Below, piece after piece: positions 19,912 to 29,429 of a stretch of 64,000 nt of DNA. The stretch's first letter is position 1. Each line of letters starts with the position of its first letter. Below the pieces are notes generated by a model. The model was not told the origin of the DNA. It searched no databases and was given only the letters and a program-made list of their open reading frames with translations. This DNA is from an uncultured Desulfobacterales bacterium (GTDB lineage: Bacteria > Desulfobacterota > Desulfobacteria > Desulfobacterales > C00003060). Location: assembly GCA_964430705.1 (NCBI GenBank), contig CAYSGJ010000017.1, positions 24,007 to 88,006 of the forward strand, in the 5' to 3' direction. The translations under genes were made by a program, and so were the position numbers.

Positions 19912-21063
19912 ATGGCAATGAAATGTTGTGTTTTTGGAGGGAAGATCTACACCGGAAAGACGGTGATCGAAAATGCCTACCTGGTTTTCAACAATAAGAC
20001 GGTGCAAGGAATAACCAAGACCAAAAACGGGAAGCTTTTCGGCGAGTTCCCGGTGATTACCCCGGCCTTGATCGACGCCCACAGCCATATCGGCATGGTG
20101 AGGGCGGGCGAGCCCAGCCGCGAGGCGGAGGCCAATGAGCATATGGACACGGTTCTGGCGCTGGCAGACGCCCTGGATTCGGTGCACATGGACGACCGGG
20201 CCTTTCGAGATGCTATGGAGATGGGGGTGTTGTATTCCTGCGTGCTGCCTGGAAGCGGCAATATCATCGGCGGCCGGTCGGCAGTCATTCGGCATTACGG
20301 CAAGAACAGCACCGAGGCCCTGGTTTGTCGGGCCGGGGTGAAGGCGGCGTTTGGCTACAACCCCATGGCCGTACAAGACTGGAAGGGGACCAGACCTTCC
20401 ACCCGTATGGGAGCCCTGGCAATTTTGCGAAAAAGACTCGATGAGGTGCGGCAAAAGATGCAAAAACACCGCAAGGCTCGCGGAAAAAACAAAGAGGACA
20501 TTGTTTTTTCCGCGGAGGAAAAGATTTTATGCGACCTGCTGGCCAAACGACAGGTGCTTCGGGCTCATGTGCACAAAACGGACGATATCGCCCTGATGCT
20601 TCGCCTGGCCGATGAATTCAAGCTGAAAGTCTCAGTCGAACATGCCATGGATGTGGATCAACCGGAGATTTTTGAGGAATTGAGAAAACGCAAGATCCCT
20701 GTCGTCTACGGCCCCCTGGATGCCTTTGCGTACAAGGTGGAGCTGAAGCACAGCAACTGGCGCAACATCCGCTGCCTCCTGGAATCCAAAGCGCCGTTCG
20801 GGCTCATGAGCGACCATCCGGTGACCCCCGCCGGCAGTCTATTGATCCAGACCCGCTGGTTTGTCAGGGCGGGACTTTCCAAGCAACAAGCCCTGGAGAT
20901 CGTCACCCGGCAGAACGCCGACATCTTGGGCCTTGGGAACGTCCTCGGGACCCTTGACAAAGGGAAGTGGGCCTCTTTTGTGTGCTGGAACGGCGATCCT
21001 TTTGAACTGACAAGATACCCCGTGGCCGTCTACGGGGAAGGCGCAGTGCTCTTTTCCGAGTAA
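19912..21063 (+). CDS. Amidohydrolase-superfamily metallohydrolase
   Basis: 383 aa. PALIDAHSHIGM metal-binding motif near the N-terminus, with TIM-barrel hydrolase-like spacing. Confidence 0.75.
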   Translation: MAMKCCVFGGKIYTGKTVIENAYLVFNNKTVQGITKTKNGKLFGEFPVITPALIDAHSHIGMVRAGEPSREAEANEHMDTVLALADALDSVHMDDRAFRDAMEMGVLYSCVLPGSGNIIGGRSAVIRHYGKNSTEALVCRAGVKAAFGYNPMAVQDWKGTRPSTRMGALAILRKRLDEVRQKMQKHRKARGKNKEDIVFSAEEKILCDLLAKRQVLRAHVHKTDDIALMLRLADEFKLKVSVEHAMDVDQPEIFEELRKRKIPVVYGPLDAFAYKVELKHSNWRNIRCLLESKAPFGLMSDHPVTPAGSLLIQTRWFVRAGLSKQQALEIVTRQNADILGLGNVLGTLDKGKWASFVCWNGDPFELTRYPVAVYGEGAVLFSE

Positions 21064-21087
21064 GCTGCGGAGGCCGTTGCGATCCTG

Positions 21088-22482
21088 CTATGTTTTTGCA
21101 TGTTCATGGTTTCGGTTTTTCCTGAAATTGAAATACCAATATACGCAGATGCCTGCGCCGATCGTTGCCAGACCGAACAGGGAAGCGACGGGTCGGCTTT
21201 TGAGGGAAAAAAAGACGATCCACAAATTTCCAGCCATAAAAAGAGCCGGCGTCAACGGATATCCGAGCGTCCTGTAGGGTCTTTTTGCCCCCGGTTGCGT
21301 GATTCTCAGCACCATCAACCCCGCCACGGTGGCTATGGCGCACAGGGAAAGCGTGAAGCCGATATAGATAAGCAACTTGTCAAAGGATGCGGTAAGCGCC
21401 ATCGCAATGGCCACGGCGCCCTGCAAAAAGATGGCATGCGCCGGCGTCCTGTGGAGCCTGTCGACCTTGCCGAGACGCTCAAAGAAAACCCGGTCTTTTG
21501 CCATGGCATAGTAAACCCTTGGTCCGGTCATGACCATGGCGCTCAGGACCGACAACAGCCCCACGGCGATGGCCGCGCTGAAATATCTGCTGATGTGCGG
21601 GCCGAACAAGGCTATGGCCGATTCCGCCCCGACTTCCATCACTCCGCTCATTTGCTGCACAGGAAGGGCATAAACGTAAACCACGTTGAGAGCAACGTAG
21701 AGGCCCGTCACCACGAGGGTACCGACAAAAAGCGCCAACGGAATATTGCTGCCCGGATTTTGGATCTCCCCGCCCAGGTAGGCGGCGGCATTCCATCCGC
21801 TGTAGGCAAACGCGATGAATATGAGTGAAACGGCGAACTTGTCCTGAAACACGGAGGAGACATCAAGATCTGCCGAGAAATGCGCTGTTGAGCCATGCCC
21901 CATGAAAAGTCCGCCAACAACCAGAGCGAGAATGAAGCTTATCTTAAAAAGGGTCAAACCGTTTTGCACGCCCGTTCCCAGGCGGAGGCTGTGATAGTGA
22001 ATGAGGGAAACCGCAATAATAGCCGCCACAGCCAAGAGGGTGACCGGAGACAGGGTCAGAATCCTCACGCCGAAAAAAGACATCGTGTATTCGATGGAGG
22101 CTGAGATCGGCGCCACGCGAAAACAATAGCCGGCAAAGGCGATGGCCGCTGCTGCGATAGGAGCGGAAAACCCTACGATCAAGGAAATCCAGCCGGAAAG
22201 AAAAGCGATGCCCTTTCCGAATGCCTCCCGCAAGAACACATATTCGCCGCCGGCCTTTGGGAACATGGCGCCAAGTTCGCCATAACAAAGCGCCCCGCAT
22301 AAGGCAAAGACGCCGCCTACGACCCAGGCAGCAAGCATGGTATTGGGATTGCCAAGCTCCGCGATGATAAAGCCGGAGGTGGTAAAGATGCCGGTTCCCA
22401 CCATATTGGCAATCACCAGCACTGTCGCCGAAAAGAGGCTCAGTTCTCTTTTGAGGGTGCTGTTGTTCAACGTATTTTTCAA
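21088..22482 (-). CDS. APC-superfamily amino acid/polyamine-type permease
   Basis: 464 aa, about 12 TM. The N-terminal GTGIFTTSG motif is typical of APC transporters. Its start overlaps the upstream stop. Confidence 0.85.
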   Translation of the reverse strand: MKNTLNNSTLKRELSLFSATVLVIANMVGTGIFTTSGFIIAELGNPNTMLAAWVVGGVFALCGALCYGELGAMFPKAGGEYVFLREAFGKGIAFLSGWISLIVGFSAPIAAAAIAFAGYCFRVAPISASIEYTMSFFGVRILTLSPVTLLAVAAIIAVSLIHYHSLRLGTGVQNGLTLFKISFILALVVGGLFMGHGSTAHFSADLDVSSVFQDKFAVSLIFIAFAYSGWNAAAYLGGEIQNPGSNIPLALFVGTLVVTGLYVALNVVYVYALPVQQMSGVMEVGAESAIALFGPHISRYFSAAIAVGLLSVLSAMVMTGPRVYYAMAKDRVFFERLGKVDRLHRTPAHAIFLQGAVAIAMALTASFDKLLIYIGFTLSLCAIATVAGLMVLRITQPGAKRPYRTLGYPLTPALFMAGNLWIVFFSLKSRPVASLFGLATIGAGICVYWYFNFRKNRNHEHAKT

Positions 22483-23159
22483 GGCCCTTTGTCCCCGACG
22501 GCTCCCGTGTGTTCATCAAAGATGTGCCTTCGATCCAGATCTCGCCAATAGCCAATGGCCAATGTCCGAATATGGGCGAAATAGTCAGGATTGAGGCCGC
22601 CGTGCTCCTTCAAGGCGGCCTCAATGCCGGCCTTGATTTGGGCCACGATGTGGTCTTTGATCTTCAAGGTGATTTTGCGATCGTTGTAAGAAAAAGCGGC
22701 TGACGATGACGATGTTTCCTCAGAAATGCTTACAATAGCTGCACCTGCCGGTTTGCACTCGCGATATTGCTTGGACAAGTCGGCGGCATCAGACCAATGC
22801 ACGTCTTCGGACCAGGACCGCCATGGCGGCGCCGGCTTTTCCGATTCCTTTCCCTTGGCGACCACCGTGCGTTCTTGATTGAAATACTTCAAAAGCATGG
22901 CTGCATTGCGGCAGCCAACCTCGGGCGAGGATGCTCCGTCAGAGGTCACTATCAACGGAATATCCGCTGTGCCTGAGTTTAAAAGCATAATCATGGCGCG
23001 CATGTCGTCAAGGGCCAGATCCGTGTCCATCACGACCGATATCGTGTATGTGTGTGCCCCTGCAAAACGGACGAAAGATAACAGGCATACGAGCATGCAT
23101 GCCACGAGGGCCCTCCCGAAAAGAACCGGTCCCTTTATACCCTGATCTGTGGTTTTCAT
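22479..23159 (-). CDS. Exported protein with an N-terminal nucleoside-hydrolase-like (DXDXXXDD) domain
   Basis: Start ATG 23159. Hydrophobic signal/anchor LVACMLVCLLSFVRFAGA. VVMDTDLALDDMRAMIMLLNS matches the IU-nucleoside hydrolase signature. At 226 aa it is shorter than canonical enzymes. Confidence 0.6.
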   Translation of the reverse strand: MKTTDQGIKGPVLFGRALVACMLVCLLSFVRFAGAHTYTISVVMDTDLALDDMRAMIMLLNSGTADIPLIVTSDGASSPEVGCRNAAMLLKYFNQERTVVAKGKESEKPAPPWRSWSEDVHWSDAADLSKQYRECKPAGAAIVSISEETSSSSAAFSYNDRKITLKIKDHIVAQIKAGIEAALKEHGGLNPDYFAHIRTLAIGYWRDLDRRHIFDEHTGAVGDKGP

Positions 23160-23160
23160 A

Positions 23161-24096
23161 TCATCTTGCTTTCGTCTGCAGTCGCTGCATGGCGCTTTCG
23201 TAGGGCTTGCCCTCAAGAAACCGCCCGATGAAAAGCAGCCCCATGAATTTCTCGGCGTCTTTTGAAAGTTTCTCTCCCATGTCGGCCACCGTTCCGCGTA
23301 CGATACGCTGCCGATCCGGATACCCCGCCCAGAAGACGACCGCGCACGGCATGTCGGCGGGCAACACCTCCCCAAGATCTGCAAACAACTTCTCCGGATC
23401 ACGCAAGGCCATGTAAAGAACCATCGTGGCTGGGTATTTGGCCAGGTCCTGAAGGATCTGGGCGTCTTTCAAGCTTGCATCATCTCCCGACGCTCGATCT
23501 CTCAAAAAGGAAGGGCTTGCCTGCATAACGAACCTGGTGTCGTGGGAAGGAATCGTGCTTTTTCCAAGAGCTGCCATGGCCGACGCATCGCAGCCCATGC
23601 CCGGGATGATGATCACGTCTTGCGAATCGAAGTGCTCCACGTACCAGTGACTGGGACCGAACAGGCAGGGATTTCCCGAGTCGAGCAACCCTACATCTTT
23701 GCCCTGCGCCAACAGGGCCTTGATTTGTTTGACCCGCTCGTCCCTTATTTTGAACCGCTCCACCTTGAATTCGGCCTTTTCCTCCTCGCTCAGTTCCTGG
23801 GATTTTTTTCCCTTATAATCCCAGAGCCCTTTCCACGGATCAAACAAGGCCGTTTTCGGATCAATGTATTGCTCAAAAAGCTTCGCATGCTTTTCCGATG
23901 CCACAATCACCTCCATCCGCTTCATGGTCTCGAGGGCCTGCAAGGTGGCGGTCTGGGGGCCCGCAGGCCCGGTGCCGATGACATAGAAGTGGCCGCGTCC
24001 CCACGATCCGGCCTGAGGCGTGTGAAGACATAGAATGAGGACGGTTACAACGGCGACGGTCAAACAAGCTCGAATCGGTTGATGCCTATGCTTCAT
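23161..24096 (-). CDS. Exported tetrapyrrole-methylase-fold protein, paralogue 1
   Basis: Signal/anchor, then FYVIGTGPAGP, LLDSGNPCLFGPS, IIPGMGCDASAMAALG and TMVLYMAL. This is the motif order of the corrin/porphyrin methylase superfamily, with an altered Gly loop. Confidence 0.7.
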   Translation of the reverse strand: MKHRHQPIRACLTVAVVTVLILCLHTPQAGSWGRGHFYVIGTGPAGPQTATLQALETMKRMEVIVASEKHAKLFEQYIDPKTALFDPWKGLWDYKGKKSQELSEEEKAEFKVERFKIRDERVKQIKALLAQGKDVGLLDSGNPCLFGPSHWYVEHFDSQDVIIIPGMGCDASAMAALGKSTIPSHDTRFVMQASPSFLRDRASGDDASLKDAQILQDLAKYPATMVLYMALRDPEKLFADLGEVLPADMPCAVVFWAGYPDRQRIVRGTVADMGEKLSKDAEKFMGLLFIGRFLEGKPYESAMQRLQTKAR

Positions 24097-24103
24097 AAAT
24101 ACC

Positions 24104-24865
24104 TCACTTAATCCCAAAGGTTAACGTCATACAGTAAAAAAGCTCGTCGCATTCTGCCTGGTCAGGATACGGGCGTTTGTGAGGAACCTTGATCAGCCAC
24201 TCGCCCTTTTTTAAAATCTTGATATTGGCGATGCCGTCCCGGTTGACCATGGTTGAAAAGGCAAAGGTCTCGCCTTCATCGGAAAAACCGGCATAGGTGG
24301 CGTGTATGAAATCCCGAAACAGGGGGTGTCCTTTGTAGAGAAACTTTACCGGCAGCGTGTCCCCTTCTTTGAGGCTTGCCGGATTTGCCAGCGGCACAAT
24401 TTCGATAAAATCATTTTTTTCCCGGTTCAGGCCCTGTTCCTGTCCTCCCGCGTTGATGACCGCCTTGGCCCGCATATCATAGCTGACGCAATGCAGGGCG
24501 TTGTCCAGCCCTTTTTTATTCTGCCGTTTGGATCCTTCCGTGGTCTTGGTATACACACCGGGATTGATCTCGGCATACACCAGGTAGGTTCCTTTTTGTT
24601 TGACGGCAAGCTCGTATTTTCCTACGGCACGTTGCTTTATCGCCACGACATTGCCGTTTGGATCCAAAACATTCACATGCGCCAAGCGCTCCTCTTGCAC
24701 GATCTCATCTTTCGGAAACTTGTGACCCCAACCGACTTCGATCAGAACCGTGTCGCCGACTTGGGGCGCATAGTCGCCGGCATTGATCCAAAGCATGTGC
24801 CCCCAAACGGGAAGGGCGGCTGTAACCATCATCAAAAAGCACAACACAGAGACAATCTTTTTCAT
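24104..24865 (-). CDS. DUF4198-type periplasmic protein, paralogue a
   Basis: Signal peptide, then GHMLWINAGDY. Beta-rich, 253 aa. The family recurs next to the TonB-dependent receptors in this window. Confidence 0.7.
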   Translation of the reverse strand: MKKIVSVLCFLMMVTAALPVWGHMLWINAGDYAPQVGDTVLIEVGWGHKFPKDEIVQEERLAHVNVLDPNGNVVAIKQRAVGKYELAVKQKGTYLVYAEINPGVYTKTTEGSKRQNKKGLDNALHCVSYDMRAKAVINAGGQEQGLNREKNDFIEIVPLANPASLKEGDTLPVKFLYKGHPLFRDFIHATYAGFSDEGETFAFSTMVNRDGIANIKILKKGEWLIKVPHKRPYPDQAECDELFYCMTLTFGIK

Positions 24866-24976
24866 CCCAAATCTCCTTTCAAAAGCAATCCTATGCCTGT
24901 TTCATCAGGGCAGAAATCGGGTTTTTCGCGATCCGTCGTCAGATGCGGCGGCTCGGGTCTGTTGACGACACAAAGG

Positions 24977-25888
24977 TTACTGCGTCCTGTGTTTGACCAT
25001 TCCCCGTTGCGGCTGCCCTTCCAGGCACCGGCCGACGATAATCATGCCCATCCAGTTTTCCTTTTCCACCTTGATGTCGTTCAGGATGGTTCCGAGGGTT
25101 CCTCTGATAATCTTTTCCTTGTCCGGATCTCCCGCGTAATACACAACTGCCGCGGGCATGTCATCGGGATAGTACTTTCTCAGCGTAGCCATGAGGTTGT
25201 CTGCCTTTTTCAGGGCCATGTAGAGGCCGATGGTAATGGGATACTTGGAAAGATCTTTCAGGATGGCCTCGTCTTCCGGTTTTCCGAACAGAAACGTAGG
25301 CGCGGTGAGCATGAGAAATCGGGTATCATAGGCCGGGATCGACGATGTTTTTAACGCCGCCATGGAGGCCTGGAAGCACCCCAGTCCCGGGATGATCTCA
25401 AATTCGTCTTTTCGGAGGCCCTCGGCAACCCGGTGGGAAGGGCCGAAAACGCAGGGATCTCCGCTATCCAGGACGGCCACGGTCTTGCCCCGGGCCATTT
25501 GTTGTCTGATTTTGGCAACCGTCTCATCCCAGAATCGGAACCGCTCTTCCCGATATTCCTTTTTTTCCTCCGGGCCTAAAGTTTCCAGGTTTTTATATTT
25601 GAAGTCACCACCCCACGGGTTGCCCAGGTACTCTTTGCCCTCGAGATAGGAAGAGAACCTTTCGCGCACGTCATCCGAGCAAAAAATAACATCCGCTTCC
25701 TTGATGCATTGCATGGCCTTGACCGTGGCATGCTCGGGGCCGGCCGGCCCGGTCCCGATGACGTAGCATTTGCCCCGGCCTTTGTGATCCGGATCGGCCC
25801 AAACATGGGAAGCACCTGTAAATAAGAGAAAAACAACTGTCAGGATAAATAAATCCCGTAACGCCATCATGTTACACCGGGTGTGCAT
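24977..25888 (-). CDS. Exported tetrapyrrole-methylase-fold protein, paralogue 2
   Basis: ATG 25888 lies 7 nt after AAGGAG. Signal ...FTGASHVWA/DP. Motifs CYVIGTGPAGP, VLDSGDPCVFGPS, IIPGLGCFQASMAAL and GLYMAL. Confidence 0.7.
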   Translation of the reverse strand: MHTRCNMMALRDLFILTVVFLLFTGASHVWADPDHKGRGKCYVIGTGPAGPEHATVKAMQCIKEADVIFCSDDVRERFSSYLEGKEYLGNPWGGDFKYKNLETLGPEEKKEYREERFRFWDETVAKIRQQMARGKTVAVLDSGDPCVFGPSHRVAEGLRKDEFEIIPGLGCFQASMAALKTSSIPAYDTRFLMLTAPTFLFGKPEDEAILKDLSKYPITIGLYMALKKADNLMATLRKYYPDDMPAAVVYYAGDPDKEKIIRGTLGTILNDIKVEKENWMGMIIVGRCLEGQPQRGMVKHRTQ

Positions 25889-26078
25889 TGTCAGACTCCT
25901 TTTTTCATTAACATCTTTTCGCCGAGCCACACTATCATATCGGGTTGAGCAAACATTCCCTCCCCGACGCCTAATCAACCACCCTTCTGTAGGAAAAGGG
26001 CTTATGCCCGCACGAAAACTGTCATGCCGGATTACATCCGGCATGACAGAAATGGTAACGCATCGTTGATTCACAACA

Positions 26079-28142
26079 CTAGAATTTCAGCGTCGCTGTC
26101 AGGCCGGCGGTTGTTCCCGGCATGTCATACCCGTATTTGAGCTGATAATCCTGGTTGGTGACGTTGTTTACATACCCCTTCAAGACGAATTCGCAATCTT
26201 GGGGCAGTTTGAAAGTGTGCTGTGCACCCACGTCCACAACCACCACGTCTTTCATGGTGTCGTGCTGTTTGTTGTAACGTTCCCCCAGGTACTTGGCATT
26301 GAGGTTCACCACCCCGTTTTCCCAGAGCTTGTAGTCCAGACCCATGGATACCTTGTTCCGGGGCTGGCTCTGCAGGAGATAGTGGGTGTTTTCCGTGTCC
26401 ATGGGATGGTTGCTGGCGTTCCAGTCCTGATACGTGTAAGCCAGATAGCCGCTCAGATCCTGGGTGAAGCTTCTGGAAAGCTCCAGCTCAACCCCGTAGA
26501 CGAGCATATCGATATTGTACACGACCGCAGAGGCAGCGCCGCTGATGTAATTGTGCTGCTGATAGTCGCTGATGTCGGAATAATAAAAGGCGGCGCGGAA
26601 TTTCGTGTCTTCCAGAAGCTCTTTGACGCCCCCTATTTCATACGTCCACGCTGTTTCTGTCTTATACTCGGGATTTGCCGCTGCATATGCCGCTTCGGAC
26701 CCGGCCCGGGCCCATCTCCAGATATCTCAGATTCAGGGCAAACGCATTTCACGGCTGACAGCCGCATAGAGCGACAGGCTGTCATCCCAGTCGTAGTCCA
26801 GCCGCGTCTTGGGACACCACTCCCGTTCCACCCTTACTGTCGCTGTATTGGGATCTCCAAATACGCGGGAGTCGGTCGAAAATTCGTACCAGCGCGTTCC
26901 AAATGTCAGCGTCGTCGCGTCGGTGATAGACCACACATCCTGAATAAAAAGCGCGGTAATTTCATAGTAATCTTTGTTGTCGGGCGTACCCTGATTCCGG
27001 TAGTCGCCGCCGATGGACAGTGAATGATCCTTGATCAGGGTGAAATCCAAGTAATCCAGCGCAATGCCCCCGGTGTATTCTTCCTTGTAGTTGGAGCTGT
27101 CCGTTCCGTCGGCATTATGCCGGTACCGGTCCCGCTTGGACAATTGCTGGTACACCTGCCCCCGCAACTGCCCGACCGGAAGAGGCTGTTCGATGAGAAG
27201 GCTCTGGTCGTTGACCGTCCTTTCCCACTGGTTTTTCCCTCCGGCGTAGGCCGTGCCTTCGTAGTCGTGGCTGAAGGTGTCCACCTCGCCGGCACGAACA
27301 ACCGGGTACCCGGGATCGTAGTTCGAATCCGGATCATCGGGGTCGTTGATCACGGCGTAACCCGTGACCGTGTCCACATGGTCGATGCCGTAGGTGATCG
27401 TGCCGCCCGTGGGAAGGTAAAGCGAGAAACGTCCATTGATGTTGTCCGTGTTATAGTCGTTTCCGCGCAAAAAACCATCGCCTTCCCTGTGGCCCGCCGC
27501 AACCGCATAACCCAAGGTATTCAGCACGCCGCCGCTAAGGCTTGCACTGTAGTTTTGGGCGCCATAAGGACCGAAGCCCGTTTTGACGGTTCCGTTGGGA
27601 GTAAGATCATCGGTCTTTTTCCCTTTTTTGGTAATCAGGTTGACCGCTCCGCCCATGGAAAACGGGAAAAGGAGCGAATGGCTTCCGCGGACGATCTCAA
27701 TGGTCTCGATCATGTCCAAGGGCATGGTGCTCCAGTCCATCTTGAAATATCCGTGACTTCCGTGGAGTCTTAAGGGCCTGCCATCCATGAATACCTGGAA
27801 ACGCGAATCGTCCATTCCCCGGATATAGACTCCCTCGCTTTGCGACGGGGTCACGGAAGAGAAAAGCACGTTTATGCCAAGCGCGTCGCTCAGAATATCC
27901 TGTACATTTTCCGCCTTGCCGGCTTTTTGAAATTCCTCCACATTGATGACCGTCACCTGCGGCGTCACCACCATCGATTCATCCCGCAAGGGATGATCCC
28001 TTACAATGACCTTGTCGAGTCGATAGACCTTTTCGTCCTTCTTGGGTTCCGTCTTCTGGGCCCTACTGAAGCCCGGAATCGACAACACAAGAATCAGGCC
28101 CATCAATCCGACCAGGCCGCATCTTAGAATCCTCGTTGTCAT
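26079..28142 (-). pseudogene. TonB-dependent receptor 1, one continuous frame interrupted only by two TGA codons (26735-26733 and 26729-26727)
   Basis: ORFs 26733..28142 (plug plus barrel) and 26079..26522 (C-terminal barrel ending ...ATLKF) are in the same frame. The gap reads ..REMRLP-TGA-I-TGA-DIWRW.., aligning to GFRAPSLFELY of paralogue 2. Confidence 0.6.
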
Positions 28143-28423
28143 TCTCCCTCCTGCTCCTTTAATACGTGTCCGGTGTGTTTATAAGGGAGATCGATCTCGG
28201 GCGTGACAAATGCGTGTTCAGGGACCATCCAATTGACCCGGGGATGATTCGGTAGTATAAATACTTTCGAAGCATCCTCCACCCGAGGGGCTTCCCGGGG
28301 AAGGCGGCGCTATGACTCTGGGTGAGCCTGCCGCCTTCCCCAACCTTTACGATCTCGGTTTTCCAGCAGCCGATTGCCGTCATCACCTCCTTTCTTTGGT
28401 TGTGTTGCTGCGCAAAAAACGAC
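28143..28423 (-). promoter_or_regulatory. Structured 5' leader domain (type-2), homologous to 42123..42414
   Basis: Shared blocks: AAAGGrGGUGAU; a 12-bp helix GGGGAAGGCGGC/GCCGCCUUCCCC; AAGCCCCUCGGrUGGAGGAUGCUUCG; an AU-rich segment; CAUCCC. Compensatory changes relative to the paralogue. Confidence 0.55.
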
Positions 28424-28578
28424 AAAAAAAAGCCACGAAGTCACATCATCCCTTCTAGGATGCAAGCCTTCGTGGCTGGATTTGAGAAATTCCGAATCTA
28501 AATTGGTATTACCGGCAGTTTCTACCGCCGAGTTGCAAGTATATGCTCATATTTATCAGCCAAGCCCATACCTGTCAA
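28424..28578 (-). promoter_or_regulatory. Leader module i: promoter + AGAA-loop hairpin + terminator-like compound hairpin
   Basis: TTGACA (28578-28573)-17-TAAATA (28555-28550). Hairpin CGGCGGU-AGAA-ACUGCCG (28530-28513). AUCCAGCCACGAAGGCU..inner AUCCU-AGAA-GGGAU..CUUCGUGGCU plus U8 (28477-28424). Confidence 0.6.
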
Positions 28579-28840
28579 TGGAAAATCATGCCTTCCCCCC
28601 AAAAAAACGGTTGAAAAATAGCAGACAATGTCTAAAAAAATAACACTTTGGCATAAGCATGAAACATGTCAAACTGATTTCAATTTCATTATCGCACACT
28701 AACGAATTTAAGCTGCGGAAGCTGTCTTTTTCAGAAGAAAAGGAATCCTTGCGTGGCTTTATTGTTTTTGGCGCCGGGACCTGAGTAAATCGCGGAAGTG
28801 AACCTCGAAGGACATGATTTCAATTGGATACAGGAAGCCC

Positions 28841-29140
28841 ATGAAACCGATGAACGAGCAGGAAAAACTGAGAGTGCTTTTGGGTCACTGGGCGGCACAC
28901 AACCGTGAACATGCACAGGAATTTCGACGGTGGGCTCAGCGTGCCGGGCAGTTCGGGTCCGGCGATGCCGCCTCAGAACTTAAAAGCGCAGTACAAGAAA
29001 TGGAGCTGTTAAACAACAGCCTCCAGACCGCACTGGAAATGCTCAGGGCCCCCCTGGGAGACCACCATCATGATCACGACGTTATGCAAGCCGGCGGTGT
29101 CTTTATTGCCGATCCTGGCTATAAGCGCCGGATTTTATGA
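28841..29140 (+). CDS. Hypothetical helical protein with a His cluster (GDHHHDHD)
   Basis: ORF 28814..29140. Divergent from leader module i. No family recognised. Start uncertain (28814 or 28841). Confidence 0.4.
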   Translation: MKPMNEQEKLRVLLGHWAAHNREHAQEFRRWAQRAGQFGSGDAASELKSAVQEMELLNNSLQTALEMLRAPLGDHHHDHDVMQAGGVFIADPGYKRRIL

Positions 29141-29279
29141 TGCCCGGAGTATCCCTTTCTCGTTTTGGAATCGTCAGGTAGCTCCGACCGGCGCAACCTG
29201 ACCTACACTATTTATTTTAAACGACAAGGAACGCTCCGTGACGTTGTTTATTAAATTTGCCGGCGCAGCGCGATGGCCG

Positions 29280-29335
29280 CAAACCGCCCCGATTCAAACA
29301 ACGCGTTGTTTTATTCTAAAACTGAAAAAACATCG
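29280..29335. repeat. Left copy of a about 55-nt direct repeat flanking the vapBC cassette
   Basis: CAAACCGCCCCGATTCAAACAACGCGTTGTTTTATTCTAAAACTGAAAAAACATCG, compared with 30844..30931. Confidence 0.7.
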
Positions 29336-29429
29336 ATATCATTGGCTTGGATTTGCATCCAACGTCAAACTGTCGTTCGCAATTTAGACGGCATTCAGGG
29401 AGGTTGGCGTATGATTTGATTCGCGTGAA

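Noticed and set aside
26727-26735. Genetic-code reassignment of TGA
   Set aside because: TGA ends many well-supported genes here, including the translationally coupled ATGA junctions at 8302-8305, 9468-9471 and 22479-22482. UGA is therefore a normal stop. Only local recoding or a pseudogene can explain the receptor and peroxiredoxin cases.
28143-28423. Cobalamin riboswitch upstream of TonB-dependent receptor 1 (and of 41340..42122)
   Set aside because: It was the expected element, given the TonB receptors and tetrapyrrole-fold genes. GGGAAGGC is present. However, the B12 box (AGyCAGGAGACCUGCC), the GGUG..AAUCC hairpin and GCCACUG are absent or in the wrong order on the transcribed strand. 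I kept the region as an unclassified structured leader. Only an Rfam scan can settle it.
28159-28425. 88-aa ORF on the minus strand inside leader i
   Set aside because: Its ATG sits 2 nt after the SD-like string. The homologous leader at 42123-42414 has stops in the corresponding frame. Conservation follows RNA pairing rather than codons.
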